Shown: positions 48,432 through 58,331, counted from the stretch's first letter. The stretch: 64,000 nucleotides of DNA from an uncultured bacterium (GCA_963696395.1 CAVOJZ010000002.1:213060-277059), one strand, 5' to 3'. A program made the numbers and translations. Notes: generated from the sequence alone by a model not told the origin.

Positions 48432-48857
48432 TTACCTGGGATGTTTGAGCTGGTATTCCGCCTCTGTCCGGCAGAATTTTCCATCGGCCGGCAATCTATT
48501 GCTCACCTCGCCGCCGTTGGCTCTCAGTTCAAATCCGCCGTCATGATTTTTGTGGAAATTGACGCTCATCGAGTTGAAGTCCTCGACGTTGTAGCCCGCG
48601 ATGACAACTCGCGGTTTTGCTTCCGGGAGATTCGCTGGTGGCCAAACGACTACGACGAGCGTCTCGGAACAAGACGGACGAGTCAGCTTCTCAGCCGAGA
48701 TGATGTCTTTCTCGAACTGCTTTTGAGCAGCAGTCTTTTCGGCCGCCACACGCACGGCGGTTGCTTTGTCTTCGTTTGTGCGGCGCAGATCCTTCGGCAG
48801 CATCACGATTGTGTAAACACAAGCGACCAACACCAGTCCTACAAAAAGATGTTTCAT
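48432..48857 (-). CDS. Hypothetical secreted protein
   Basis: Signal peptide MKHLFVGLVLVACVYT. Confidence 0.4.
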   Translation of the reverse strand: MKHLFVGLVLVACVYTIVMLPKDLRRTNEDKATAVRVAAEKTAAQKQFEKDIISAEKLTRPSCSETLVVVVWPPANLPEAKPRVVIAGYNVEDFNSMSVNFHKNHDGGFELRANGGEVSNRLPADGKFCRTEAEYQLKHPR

Positions 48858-48978
48858 AACATCCTCCTCTGAAGTTTTAAAGAACCATCGGGATTTCTCC
48901 CGCTAAAGAATTCTCGCTTGAAAATGCTTTAGTGGGAGAGGGATCTGTACGAGATCCCCCGGTATGAAGGGTATGAAT

Positions 48979-49470
48979 CTAATTTGCGGCAATCGCTTCG
49001 AGGCTGCGACGAACGCTCGCGATCGCCTTGCTCCCGAAAATCGAACGGGTCTCTTTCAGAGTTTGCGCCGAGATCTTCACTGACTCTTTCGCACGTTTGC
49101 GCCATCCTTCTGATTCTTTCAGGCTGTCGAGTGTGTTGTCGAGCGCGGTCAACGTTTCGTTCATCTGATCAATTCCTGTTTCTTCCTCCTTGGAAGGCAC
49201 GAACTTACGGAACGGTTCCACGTGACCGAATCCCGACATCGGATGCGCTTGATAGCGGATGTCCTCGATGATTTGTCGAGTGACAAGCAGCAGGTCAACA
49301 TGCGGCGTCGGCGCGAATTCCAAGGTGTAATACTCGGTGTCGCGACCAACGTGTTTGCATGCGCCCATGTCGCGCGCGATGGCGTACGTTCCTGAATACT
49401 TCGCCAGCAACTCGGGCGTAATGCTATCAACGCCAGCATAACGGAACCACATCACTCTGATATTTGCCAT
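48979..49470 (-). CDS. Hypothetical protein
   Basis: Start at MANIRVMWFRYAG. Confidence 0.35.
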   Translation of the reverse strand: MANIRVMWFRYAGVDSITPELLAKYSGTYAIARDMGACKHVGRDTEYYTLEFAPTPHVDLLLVTRQIIEDIRYQAHPMSGFGHVEPFRKFVPSKEEETGIDQMNETLTALDNTLDSLKESEGWRKRAKESVKISAQTLKETRSIFGSKAIASVRRSLEAIAAN

Positions 49471-49814
49471 TGGAGTCACCCTCCTTGTGTTGCGTTTGGG
49501 GTAGGCACGCAACCGCCTTGGATTTAACGATCTGGCTATATTATACAACGATAATGGCTATATTGTCAATATGGCTCGGCAGCCCTTATTTTCCTTATAT
49601 AAAGAGCAGATGAGACACGTCTCGAGACACGCTAAAAGTGTCTCATTTGTCTCATTTGACCCCAGACCGGGACGCGTCGTTCCCCTTCTCCGGACGATCC
49701 TATGGAATGCTTGTGGGGCTTGCGCTGGCGGAGATCAAGTCCGAGGTGGGGAGCAAAAAATCAGGCGCTGCCATTAGAGGCAACGCCTGCTACATCAAGT
49801 AATCAAGTAATCGA

Positions 49815-50543
49815 CTAAGAGAAGAGGTTCATAGAGCCATCGCGCCATTCGACCGGCGATTCCCCTTTCTTAAAGACCTTGGCACCAGTCTTGCCACCAA
49901 TCGTGGCAACCCCAGCCTCCACGGTGATCCACGAACCTTCCCGTATACCGATTACCGGCGTTTCATTTTCTTCGTGAAACTGCGTAATGCGCTCCTCTCG
50001 CGTTTCACCCTTATGCTTCGATGTGGGATCGGCGTCGATGAAGTGCGGATTGATCTGGTACGGAAAAAGATCCAACGCGTTGCACGTCGGGGGCCACACA
50101 ATCGGCATGTCATTTGTAGTCATGATCGTTGGACATGCGACGTTGGCTCCCGCACTCGCTCCAAGATATGGCACGCCAAGATCAACACGCCACCGAATCG
50201 CATCGATGAGTCGCCGTCGATAGAGTTCGGCCAATAGACGAAATGTGTTACCTCCCCCAATGAAGATGGCCTTCGCTTTATGAACGACATCGTCATGACA
50301 CGGAGTGTTAGACTCTTGGATACCATGGACGCTGATGCCGACCTTGCTGAAACCTTCCCGAGCTCGATCTGTATAACCTCGCCAATCCTTAAGCGCATAA
50401 GGAATGAAAAGGATGTTGGTTATATCGCCGAGGAATGCCTTCACGGCCTCAGCGCAATGTTCCAGGTAACCCCCACCATAGCAGTAGGAATTGCTGATGA
50501 GCATGAGGCGACGATTCATGATAAAACGCAGTTCGGATGCCAT
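49815..50543 (-). CDS. Peptidase S51 family (dipeptidase E / cyanophycinase-like)
   Basis: LISNS..., FIGGGNTF and GASAGANV motifs. Confidence 0.6.
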   Translation of the reverse strand: MASELRFIMNRRLMLISNSYCYGGGYLEHCAEAVKAFLGDITNILFIPYALKDWRGYTDRAREGFSKVGISVHGIQESNTPCHDDVVHKAKAIFIGGGNTFRLLAELYRRRLIDAIRWRVDLGVPYLGASAGANVACPTIMTTNDMPIVWPPTCNALDLFPYQINPHFIDADPTSKHKGETREERITQFHEENETPVIGIREGSWITVEAGVATIGGKTGAKVFKKGESPVEWRDGSMNLFS

Positions 50544-50645
50544 CTTTTTTTCTCCCGCATGCCAAATTGGCTATCTATGATATAGCAGACAAGGGGTTTC
50601 GATGTCTAGGCGAGCAAACCCGAAAATCCTCTCTCGTCGAAACTA

Positions 50646-50719
50646 CCGTGAACCGCATGGTGGGGTAACTACTTCCCCACCCCGAGAGCGGTTCGAACAT
50701 CGTCCACCCGCCGGAAAAT
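50646..50719 (+). repeat. Array repeat copy 0: upstream module CCGTGAACCGCATGGTGGGGTAACTACTTCCCCACC plus degenerate core GGTTCGAACATCGTCCACCCGCCGGAAAAT
   Basis: Upstream module recurs at 54048-54085; core related to the other copies. Confidence 0.6.
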
Positions 50720-50826
50720 CTAAGATCTAATAAAGAAAGCGGCTCCCTAGAGAGCCGCTTCAGTATTGCCAAGGAAAATAAATTAAATGGAAGGACTTTC
50801 GACAACCTCAGTCTTATGCGTAGTAA

Positions 50827-51168
50827 TCACTTCAGGACAGAGAGCTTCTCTTCGTATCCTTCGATAACAAAACCCTGTCCTCTCTCCCTCAGTTTTGCTG
50901 CAACTTCGTCGAGAGATTTCCTCATCGTTTCTTGACTCTGCTGTGCTGTTTCATATTGCTCCTTGATCATAGCCCGTATCTGATCGCTAGATTCCTTCAT
51001 GACTTCTTTTGCTCCGTCGGATGGCAAATTAAGGATGGTTTCCCACATCTTGGCTGTCTGATAATTTCTAGAGATTGCGGTCATTAACTCGGCGAAGCTT
51101 CCCAAAAGTTCGGCTATTTCTTTGGTGCTATCCACTTGCTCGGATCCGTTGATAGGCGGTCGTTCCAT
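50827..51168 (-). CDS. Hypothetical protein (phasin-like alpha-helical)
   Basis: 113 aa; TTGAAA-18-TAACAT promoter immediately after repeat copy 1. Confidence 0.4.
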   Translation of the reverse strand: MERPPINGSEQVDSTKEIAELLGSFAELMTAISRNYQTAKMWETILNLPSDGAKEVMKESSDQIRAMIKEQYETAQQSQETMRKSLDEVAAKLRERGQGFVIEGYEEKLSVLK

Positions 51169-51211
51169 AGGTAAATGTTAGCATCTTTGATTATTCGGTT
51201 TCAACCAACAA

Positions 51212-51298
51212 GTTCTAACGTCCTCCATGCGCCGGAGCTGACAGGTTTCATCTGATTTTATTGCGCTAGTTTTTGCTACCGGAGCGAGGATTCGAACC
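51212..51298 (+). repeat. Array repeat copy 1 (full): core GTTCTAACGTCCTCCATGCGCCGGAGCTGACAG plus extension CTAGTTTTTGCTACCGGAGCGAGGATTCGAACC
   Basis: Seen in sequence; ends GGTTCTAAC and TTCGAACC form imperfect terminal inverted repeats. Confidence 0.7.
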
Positions 51299-51425
51299 AA
51301 TCTCATCAGCGGAAAATGGCCAATTGCAACCTCTATGCGTGAGACCGCCGAGCACGCCGCCGATTTTGCGAAATGCCTGCGGCTGGTTCGCTAACGCTTT
51401 TCAATCTCAATCCGACAACCGCCCC

Positions 51426-51450
51426 GACCCTGCGTTATGGGTCTTTTTTA
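51426..51450 (+). terminator. Plus-strand intrinsic terminator closing an ORF-less unit downstream of repeat copy 1
   Basis: GACCC-TGCGTTAT-GGGTC followed by TTTTTTA. Confidence 0.5.
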
Positions 51451-51458
51451 TTTCAGCC

Positions 51459-51474
51459 AGGTTCTAACATCCTA
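51459..51474 (+). repeat. Array repeat copy 2 (truncated: AGGTTCTAACATCCT)
   Basis: Matches the first 15 nt of the core only. Confidence 0.4.
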
Positions 51475-51541
51475 TACTCACTGCATCACTTCAGCTTAGG
51501 CTACGTCTACAATATTATCGTCGTCAATCGTGGATATTTTA

Positions 51542-51910
51542 CTAAACGGAAGTCGTAGCATCATCCACTTTTCCATTGTCTCGCGTTGTGAGATAGGCTG
51601 TCGGAACAAGACCCAAAAGTCCTCCGCCAAAAAACGCAAGAATTCCGGAGAGAAGCACGAGCAGAATATTACTAAAAGTCCACGATTTTTTAGCGTTAAC
51701 GACGACAAGAGAAAATGTTATCACTAGGACAATTGCGGAAGTTTCCCCGATCCGGAATCCGGCATCATAGCTGGTTGTGCCCGTGGTCAGCGCGACCACC
51801 ACCGCAATCAAAAAAACAAGCGCTATCGTTGCAAGTAAATAGGCGAGATAAAATCCAAAAGCCTCTTTTCCGTTCCGTTTGTATGCAAGATTCGTCAGCT
51901 CTTTGAACAT
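51542..51910 (-). CDS. Hypothetical small membrane protein
   Basis: Three TM helices. Confidence 0.4.
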   Translation of the reverse strand: MFKELTNLAYKRNGKEAFGFYLAYLLATIALVFLIAVVVALTTGTTSYDAGFRIGETSAIVLVITFSLVVVNAKKSWTFSNILLVLLSGILAFFGGGLLGLVPTAYLTTRDNGKVDDATTSV

Positions 51911-52078
51911 GATCTTAGCTGTACTATAGCATATTATATTTTCACGCGACTCGTTTCCCAGCCCGACAACGCGTGATCTAATTCAAATTTGTAGTCATGG
52001 TCGAGTATATGGATCTCCATTGATCCTGATCGCAATTCAATGTATGATAGCTAATAATCGGAATCCCGACATATCGAC

Positions 52079-52735
52079 ATGCTTGCAAAACTATACCAAT
52101 ACGAATGGGTAAAGACTCTGAAGAATTGGCTCCGACCCCTGAAGCAGCGCCTGCTCGGGAAGGACGGAATTTATATCGTAATGGATAAGGTCGCTGAGCG
52201 CGCCGGAGGGAGAGAAAACGTCAAGCTCGTTTACGACCTTGGGGCTTTGGACGGAGAATATACGCTCCATTTTGCTGAATATTTCCCAAATGCCATTATC
52301 CACTGCTTTGAACCAAATCCTATCAATCTTCCGTTGGTTTACAAGCGGCAGGCAAAATATCCCAAGCGCATAATAGTCCACCCGGTCGCCTTGTGGAATA
52401 AAAAGGGTAGTACAACTTTTTACAGACAGCCGAGCGAAGGAATGGGCACTTTGATCCCAAGAGACAATGCCACCGATTCTTTTTTAGTAGAAACGAACAC
52501 GCTCGATAGCGAGTACACTGGCGGGACGATAGACCTTATCAAAATCGATGTGGAGGGTGTTGAGTGGGAAGTACTCCAGGGCGCGGAGAATACACTGAAA
52601 AATGCGAACGCCGTATTCATTGAAATAGATCCTATTTATAAGAACTTCAACGGGGATGACGCAAAAACCATTTCGTGCCTTAGAAGCCAGTTTCCGAAGG
52701 TTGAAAGGATAGGAGATTTATATTTTTCGCGCTAA
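52079..52735 (+). CDS. FkbM-family methyltransferase
   Basis: LVYDLGALDGEYTLHFAEYF, HCFEPNP and IKIDVEG blocks. Confidence 0.6.
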   Translation: MLAKLYQYEWVKTLKNWLRPLKQRLLGKDGIYIVMDKVAERAGGRENVKLVYDLGALDGEYTLHFAEYFPNAIIHCFEPNPINLPLVYKRQAKYPKRIIVHPVALWNKKGSTTFYRQPSEGMGTLIPRDNATDSFLVETNTLDSEYTGGTIDLIKIDVEGVEWEVLQGAENTLKNANAVFIEIDPIYKNFNGDDAKTISCLRSQFPKVERIGDLYFSR

Positions 52736-52848
52736 CGCATGTAAACCAATATGGACTAAATCGATGGTTGCGGACAATAATGTTTGCTGTATAACCATGA
52801 AATCACTAGATCTGGCAGATAGATTCTCCCCTTTTCCTTCTCAATTCT

Positions 52849-52876
52849 GGTTCTGACATCCTCCACTCGCCGGAGC
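52849..52876 (+). repeat. Array repeat copy 3 (GGTTCTGACATCCTCCACTCGCCGGAGC)
   Basis: Followed by TTGACA(52881)...TATATT(52902), SD AGGAGG and the ATG at 52932. Confidence 0.65.
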
Positions 52877-52931
52877 AAAATTGACAAACAATCGAATATT
52901 ATATATTCTTTTTCGAGCACTAGGAGGAATC

Positions 52932-53375
52932 ATGGATAGAAAAACGATTCTATCGGCCGAAACACGAAAAATTCAATCACGCCTGGACCGTTGGTCAAAA
53001 AAGAACCTCGACTTGCAACCAGGAGAACGTGTAGCAGTGAGTTTAGCAATCCATGGTGGATCAAGACAAGAAATCCTTGCTATGCTAAGTAAGGATTACT
53101 TCACAAAACAACGCTTCGAAAATGCTGGCGTCCCACTCCGCTACAATTGGATGCGGATCACCAACATTGCCTATACAGCTTCTGCTGGCTTCGAGGATCA
53201 ATCGAAAGGGATACCGATCCACGAGAGAACGAAACGTTGCATCCCTTTTTTGACGATCGGGAGCATCGTCGAAGCGGGGAAAGCAAAGCTCCTTGAAATC
53301 GAATACTTTGGCGAAAGAGGCCTGGAGGCAGTGGAACAGATTCTGAAGCACGACGGCATCGAATTGCCCGCGTGA
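52932..53375 (+). CDS. Hypothetical protein
   Basis: Start at MDRKTIL with a strong SD; reverse-oriented cassette gene with its own promoter. Confidence 0.45.
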   Translation: MDRKTILSAETRKIQSRLDRWSKKNLDLQPGERVAVSLAIHGGSRQEILAMLSKDYFTKQRFENAGVPLRYNWMRITNIAYTASAGFEDQSKGIPIHERTKRCIPFLTIGSIVEAGKAKLLEIEYFGERGLEAVEQILKHDGIELPA

Positions 53376-53415
53376 CTCGGGGGGGCTATAATGCTCCCCT
53401 TTTTTATTTCATATA

Positions 53416-53504
53416 GGTTTTAACGTCCTCCACGCGCCGGAGCTGATAGTTCTTCCTTTAATTTTATTGAGCTAGTTTTTACTACCGGCGAGAGGATTCG
53501 AACC
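53416..53504 (+). repeat. Array repeat copy 4 (full): GGTTTTAACGTCCTCCACGCGCCGGAGCTGATAG plus GCTAGTTTTTACTACCGGCGAGAGGATTCGAACC
   Basis: Directly after the upstream gene's terminator; followed by hairpin GGCATC...GATGCC. Confidence 0.7.
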
Positions 53505-54047
53505 GCCGAAATAAAACAGGCATCCTCCTCATCGGGAAGATGCCTTTGGCAATGCACAGGGTTGCGGTAATCGCGGAAAATTGACACGATCCATCACCTT
53601 GAAAATGCGATCGATTTCCTTGTAGTCAATTCGTCCGACGAGTAAGTAAAGAAGAATGTAGTAGTCGACTTCGTCGCGTGCGTACAAATCCTTGCGCTTT
53701 ACCCCAACGCCCACAAACCATCCATGGAGTCGGCACCGACACAAACGAAAACGAATTAACGGTTGACGCATGATTTCCTCCGGCACGTGCAGATATCCTA
53801 ATCAAAGTCTGTGTCCCCAATATAGCCGAACAATGCCAGCATAGCGAGGGCTGCAAAAACAATCACAACAATCTTTGGCACAACATCAGACACGGACGGC
53901 GACTGAACGAAATGGTGCGTTAAAACCCATTGAATCGGCACACATCCTCCTAAGTTTGGATCCTTACCTTACTTCCTTATACGCTGGTTTATTGTCCCTC
54001 GCAAGCAGGTTTGGTATCACTGTTCCCCAATCGTAAGTGCGTAAACT

Positions 54048-54171
54048 GCCGTGAACAGTGTGGTGGGGTAACTACTTCCCTACCGTTCTACAGGTCCTAA
54101 CGTCCTCCGCGCGCCGGAGCTGACGATTTTCACCCTGATTTTGTTGATCTAATTTCTGCTACCGGTGAGAG
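54048..54171 (+). repeat. Array repeat copy 5: upstream module (GTGAACAGTGTGGTGGGGTAACTACTTCCCTACC) plus core GGTCCTAACGTCCTCCGCGCGCCGGAGCTGACG plus degenerate extension
   Basis: Lies between the 54243 gene's minus-strand terminator (54205-54238) and upstream small ORFs. Confidence 0.65.
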
Positions 54172-54242
54172 TATCGTTATACCAGGACCGAAGGAAAAGG
54201 GTAAAAAAGCCCCGCCCAAAAGAAATCGGGCAGGGCTGATAG

Positions 54243-54989
54243 CTAACAATGTTTCACGGTTCCGTTAAGGCGCTTGAGGAAGCGCACTTTATCGCCGTTC
54301 GGCAATAGCGGAATGAGCTGGAAGTTGATCGCGCAATCGTCAAGAACTGTTTCTACGGTACGAGGGAGGGTGCGATGCGCCCTCGGAGGCAGCCAGTGCG
54401 GTATATCTTCTTTTGGTAGACCGAGATCCACAAGAGCTGTCCGTGTGTCTTTGGAGAGCAGATCAAGCGTTCGGCGATTGATGCGTATGGCATTTCGGAC
54501 ATTACTGCTATCGCGAGCATAGGCGCGGGTCCCATACTTTTTCCGCAAGAGATCGAGCAAATGTATGTCGATGAGGTAGGCCTTTGTCGTATTTTTTGCA
54601 AGAAATGCCCAAAGGGTCTCAAGTGATTTCCCACTCATCCGCTTGAGCAACCTCCGGCGCTCGGCGAAAGGCCCGTTCATGTGGTGCTCACAGTTCCGAT
54701 AGTTGAAGATCAAGATGAACGCATCGTCGTAAGGAAATCCCAGCTCCTCAAGCTGGGAGTCGAGCTGGCTTTCAAAGAGCTTGAGCTGATCGGTATTGCT
54801 CGCGCCCTTAACTTCGACGTAGGCCTGCAAATGGTCATCCTCCATGTCGAAGTGGGTTGTCGCCTTGCCATCCATCCACGTTTGTGGAGCGATGAGCGGT
54901 TCATGCAAAAGGTGTCGCGCCAGTCTATCGTACAAGTATGCGAGATAGAACAGGCGATCCTCGTCGGTATAGATCGATATCTTTTCCAC
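54243..54989 (-). CDS. Hypothetical protein
   Basis: 248 aa; terminator GCCCTGCCCGATTTCTTTTGGGCGGGGC plus T-run downstream. Confidence 0.4.
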   Translation of the reverse strand: MEKISIYTDEDRLFYLAYLYDRLARHLLHEPLIAPQTWMDGKATTHFDMEDDHLQAYVEVKGASNTDQLKLFESQLDSQLEELGFPYDDAFILIFNYRNCEHHMNGPFAERRRLLKRMSGKSLETLWAFLAKNTTKAYLIDIHLLDLLRKKYGTRAYARDSSNVRNAIRINRRTLDLLSKDTRTALVDLGLPKEDIPHWLPPRAHRTLPRTVETVLDDCAINFQLIPLLPNGDKVRFLKRLNGTVKHC

Positions 54990-55291
54990 GTTCCATCTCC
55001 TTCGTATTTATTTTTTCCGGCGTTGCTTCACAACGGGCCGAACAAGTACGACAACATTGCCGTTCTTCCATCGGGTTCTTGTTTCGCTGGTGAATCCTTC
55101 CTGCGTAAGTCGCTTACGCGCTTCTCGCGCGGTGTAGGGGCCGAACTTGTCTTGCGATTTCTCGACCACGATGTGATACTGCATGCCGCAAGCTCCTCCG
55201 GGGGCTATCTCATTTGTATCACGGAGGCATACCTGCGTCGAGGAGTAGCGTGTTAATAAAAAAACGCCGCAGGAGGTTGTCGTGCGGCGCA

Positions 55292-56326
55292 TTACGTGAA
55301 GATTGGGAAAAGCGATTTTTGTTGCGGGGTATCGCGTTCTTCGCGGAGGATGATGCGACCCCGGATATAGTATTCCGCAGATGGTACGCACCAACGGCAG
55401 GTGTTCCGGATGACACAAACGGCGCAGGTTTGTTCGTAAGTCCGTGTCTGCGCTAATGACCATCGGGCGACAGGCCACAGTTCAGTCTTGCGTCCGTGCC
55501 GTCCGCCAACCACGCTTTGATTACCCGGATGCTGGTTACACATGAGACCCGAATAGAGCCATACGGCTTCACAGAGAGTTACGGGATCAACGTTGTTCTC
55601 GACGCAGTAGCTCTGAAAAAGAGTTCTTACGGCGGCGAGGATCGGCTTCGTATAGAATCCATTGCCGTTGAACTCGCATGTATCGGCAATCACGATCTCG
55701 TGCGCAAATACCGTGCGAAGAACGTGAAAGTCGACCGGAATCGGGAAGTGCCATCGATCCACGATGCCCGCATCCATGTAGAAGTAGGTCAACATACTCA
55801 CCATCTTCTCCTGAAAGCTGCGGAACCCATTTCCCTTTTTATTCTGAATGCGGTCACATGCTTCTTCGTACGTCGAGATATTCGAAAAGATGGTACGGGG
55901 ATCGCCGTTCCACAAATCAGTGAGTTTCTTCAGGTTCTCCTTCCATATGCCGCCGATCTCGTCTGCATTGAACCCGAGGCCTACGCTCCTAAATGATGCG
56001 GAAAGGCCCTCGGCGGTAAGCGTTGTTTCCGATTCCGGCAGAAAGATCGCATTTTCTGCGTTGTAAAGCTCGGCGAGTTGCCGTATCGCCGTGTGGCTTT
56101 TGATACCACCGCGCATCCAATAACAGACAGCAAAGAGGAATAGCGCATGCTCTCGCGATCCCCATTCAATTAATTGCGGGATGTTCTCCCTTATCTGTGG
56201 CGGCGTGGCTTTCGATTGGTCGTACGGATACTCTTTGCGGAAATACGCATCGAGCAACCGCGAATAGATCGCTCCAGCTTTTACACGATCAATTTCCATC
56301 GACGCGTCCTTTCTTTCCAATTTCAA
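55292..56326 (-). CDS. Hypothetical protein with C-terminal Cys cluster (CAVCVIRNTCRWC), possible HhH-GPD/Fe-S glycosylase-like
   Basis: Cx2Cx6Cx2C cluster; terminator at 55236-55275 on the minus strand. Confidence 0.25.
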   Translation of the reverse strand: MKLERKDASMEIDRVKAGAIYSRLLDAYFRKEYPYDQSKATPPQIRENIPQLIEWGSREHALFLFAVCYWMRGGIKSHTAIRQLAELYNAENAIFLPESETTLTAEGLSASFRSVGLGFNADEIGGIWKENLKKLTDLWNGDPRTIFSNISTYEEACDRIQNKKGNGFRSFQEKMVSMLTYFYMDAGIVDRWHFPIPVDFHVLRTVFAHEIVIADTCEFNGNGFYTKPILAAVRTLFQSYCVENNVDPVTLCEAVWLYSGLMCNQHPGNQSVVGGRHGRKTELWPVARWSLAQTRTYEQTCAVCVIRNTCRWCVPSAEYYIRGRIILREERDTPQQKSLFPIFT

Positions 56327-56368
56327 AGAGTTGTCGTGCTGCCCACAGTGTATGACAAGCTATCCTGC

Positions 56369-56887
56369 ATGGCAAGAACAAACGGATACTGTGATAAACT
56401 AAAAGCAATGTCAAAGAAAAACTCTGTCTCCCCGCTCGTTTTCGATACCTATCTCGCTCTCATAAAAAACAGCGTCGGATCAAAAATGTTTCGCAACGCG
56501 TTTTTTCTGATCAACGGCAAAAAGCAAGATGTCTTGCGTGACGGCGATCTGTCATGTGCGGTTTACGTATCATCTATCTTGCGCCTTATGAATCTCATCC
56601 CTGAAACCCATACGACGGTGAAGGGTACGGTGGAGACCATGTGCCAGGCAGGGTGGAAGCCGATAAGGAAACCGAGAGCCGGGAGTATCCTCGTTTGGGA
56701 GGCAAAGCATTTCAAGAAGAGCGGCGAAAGCCATAGGCATATCGGCTTCTACATCGGCGATAGAAAAGCCGTGAGCAATAGCTCAAAGAAGCGCAGCCCT
56801 GCTATGCACCATTGGACATTCGGCGTGAAGAACGGCAAAACCAAGCGGACTATTGAGGCAATATACTGGAACGGAAAGTTAGACTAA
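56369..56887 (+). CDS. Hypothetical protein, possible papain-fold (NlpC/P60-like) hydrolase
   Basis: Conserved Cys (DLSCAVYV) and His (HIGFYIG) spaced as in papain-like folds; start uncertain (56369 or 56408). Confidence 0.3.
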   Translation: MARTNGYCDKLKAMSKKNSVSPLVFDTYLALIKNSVGSKMFRNAFFLINGKKQDVLRDGDLSCAVYVSSILRLMNLIPETHTTVKGTVETMCQAGWKPIRKPRAGSILVWEAKHFKKSGESHRHIGFYIGDRKAVSNSSKKRSPAMHHWTFGVKNGKTKRTIEAIYWNGKLD

Positions 56888-56900
56888 CTTATTTCAATCA

Positions 56901-56930
56901 GGTTCTAACTATCCCGCGCGCCGGAGCTGA
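56901..56930 (+). repeat. Array repeat copy 6 (GGTTCTAACTATCCCGCGCGCCGGAGCTGA)
   Basis: 18 nt upstream of the DUF1311 gene ATG. Confidence 0.65.
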
Positions 56931-56947
56931 TTTGCTAAACTGAAGAT

Positions 56948-57445
56948 ATGAAGATTGAGTGGAATAGGGTGACGTGGTACTCGAAACTTATTGCTATCGT
57001 TGTCTTTGGTATAACTTTTTTTATCGCCTTCAAACTTGGAACTATTGACGGTTCAGCTACGCAAACCATCATCGATTCCGCGATTTTTGCTTCGAGCACG
57101 CAAAATAATTCCGCTGCCGCAACGCCCGGATGCGCCAACGCCACAACGCAAATGGACATTAACGACTGCGAGTACCAGGCCTATATTGCCTCTGATCAGC
57201 AACTTGCCACTCTGTATCAATCGCTACTCTCCGCCATTGGTCCCGATCATCAAACGCAACAGGATTTTGTTTCCTCGGAGCAAAAATGGACGTCCTACCG
57301 AGACGCAGCGTGTCAGACAGAAGCAGATACAGAAAGCGGCGGCTCATTAGAACTTGCGACCCAAGATGCCTGCCTACAGGCTATCACCCAGCAACGAATT
57401 GATTATCTAAAATCGATATCAAATGAATTCGGGGTCGGTGTATAG
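56948..57445 (+). CDS. DUF1311 (LprI-like lysozyme-inhibitor family) secreted protein
   Basis: N-terminal TM/signal, Cys pairs, ...QKWTSYRDAACQ... family motif. Confidence 0.5.
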   Translation: MKIEWNRVTWYSKLIAIVVFGITFFIAFKLGTIDGSATQTIIDSAIFASSTQNNSAAATPGCANATTQMDINDCEYQAYIASDQQLATLYQSLLSAIGPDHQTQQDFVSSEQKWTSYRDAACQTEADTESGGSLELATQDACLQAITQQRIDYLKSISNEFGVGV

Positions 57446-57454
57446 GCTAGATAG

Positions 57455-57481
57455 GTTCGAACATCCTCCACGTGCCGGAGC
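57455..57481 (+). repeat. Array repeat copy 7 (GGTTCGAACATCCTCCACGTGCCGGAGC)
   Basis: Immediately beyond the minus-strand terminator 57484-57528. Confidence 0.65.
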
Positions 57482-57483
57482 AA

Positions 57484-57528
57484 ATAAATGAAAACGGCGG
57501 CCCGTATAAATATGAATTGGGTCGCCGT
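57484..57528 (-). terminator. Rho-independent terminator of the 57543 gene (same hairpin module as 48363-48407)
   Basis: ACGGCGACCC-loop-GGGCCGCCGT plus T-run on the minus strand. Confidence 0.6.
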
Positions 57529-57542
57529 CCTTAGTAATGGAA

Positions 57543-58145
57543 CTAGCAGGCTTTTCCATGAACAAGCTTGTGCGCGTCGCAGAGGCTTACCACGGGGAAT
57601 ATTTCTTTGCCCGAAACGCCGGGCACGAAGAGAGGGCACCACATCACCCGACATCCACGTTCGAGTTTTTTTAAATCATTGATTGTGCCCGTAACCTTTC
57701 CATTGGATTGATTATCTGAGAAAGTCATGATGTTTTGCGCTTTCGCGAAGACCATCTTGTCGCTTGGAGTACCCTTGGATTCGACGAGCTTCCTCGCGTG
57801 ATCAAAATCCCTTGCACAAACCACCGCGACGACCCCGTTGTGCGACCACTTGATGAGATGCGGCTTGCACGAGTCGATCCAGCGATCAATGTCGTGGAAC
57901 GTGCTACCAAAGGAACGGCTGCCGCCCAAAAGATACGCCGTGAGGAAGAAAGATCCTGCAAACGCACCGATAATCAAGAGTCCACCCCATGGCGCCATGT
58001 CTCTCGTCGGAATGTCGCCGAAAATGAGTTTAGCGATCTGATACGCGATGAATCCGCCCGTAAAGCCGGCACCGAACTCAATCGTGACGATAAAGAAAAA
58101 AGCTCCGAGCTTCAGAAAAAATCCAGCTAGTTTAATTTTTAACAT
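57543..58145 (-). CDS. Hypothetical membrane-anchored protein
   Basis: Two N-terminal TM helices, Cys-containing C-terminal domain. Confidence 0.4.
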   Translation of the reverse strand: MLKIKLAGFFLKLGAFFFIVTIEFGAGFTGGFIAYQIAKLIFGDIPTRDMAPWGGLLIIGAFAGSFFLTAYLLGGSRSFGSTFHDIDRWIDSCKPHLIKWSHNGVVAVVCARDFDHARKLVESKGTPSDKMVFAKAQNIMTFSDNQSNGKVTGTINDLKKLERGCRVMWCPLFVPGVSGKEIFPVVSLCDAHKLVHGKAC

Positions 58146-58303
58146 GACAAACCTCCAACCTGCCTCCGTTTTGTCCCCGTAGGGTGCCGTGAGGGCTTAT
58201 GGTTGATGCTGGATATATTATATCATTATTTAAGCGATACTGTCAATATCCCTCTTTCTCCTTGTTTTATAGGTCTTCGCGGTCATTTGGCTCCGTTAAA
58301 ATT

Positions 58304-58331
58304 CGTTCTAACATCCTCCACGCGCCGGAGC
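58304..58331 (+). repeat. Array repeat copy 8 (GTTCTAACATCCTCCACGCGCCGGAGC)
   Basis: Immediately beyond the minus-strand terminator 58332-58367. Confidence 0.65.

Noticed and set aside
51261-51298. GGATTCGAACC in the repeat extension module looked like a tRNA T-loop, suggesting tRNA 3' fragments (att-site remnants) on the minus strand
   Set aside because: The 5 nt either side of the TTCGAAT loop do not pair as a T-stem in any copy, and no acceptor stem or CCA can be formed, so the copies are not tRNA halves.
57488-57682. 64-aa plus-strand ORF with a good SD that begins inside repeat copy 7
   Set aside because: It reads through a terminator hairpin and is fully antisense to the 57543-58145 gene. 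It is Arg-rich with low complexity, so it is most likely spurious.
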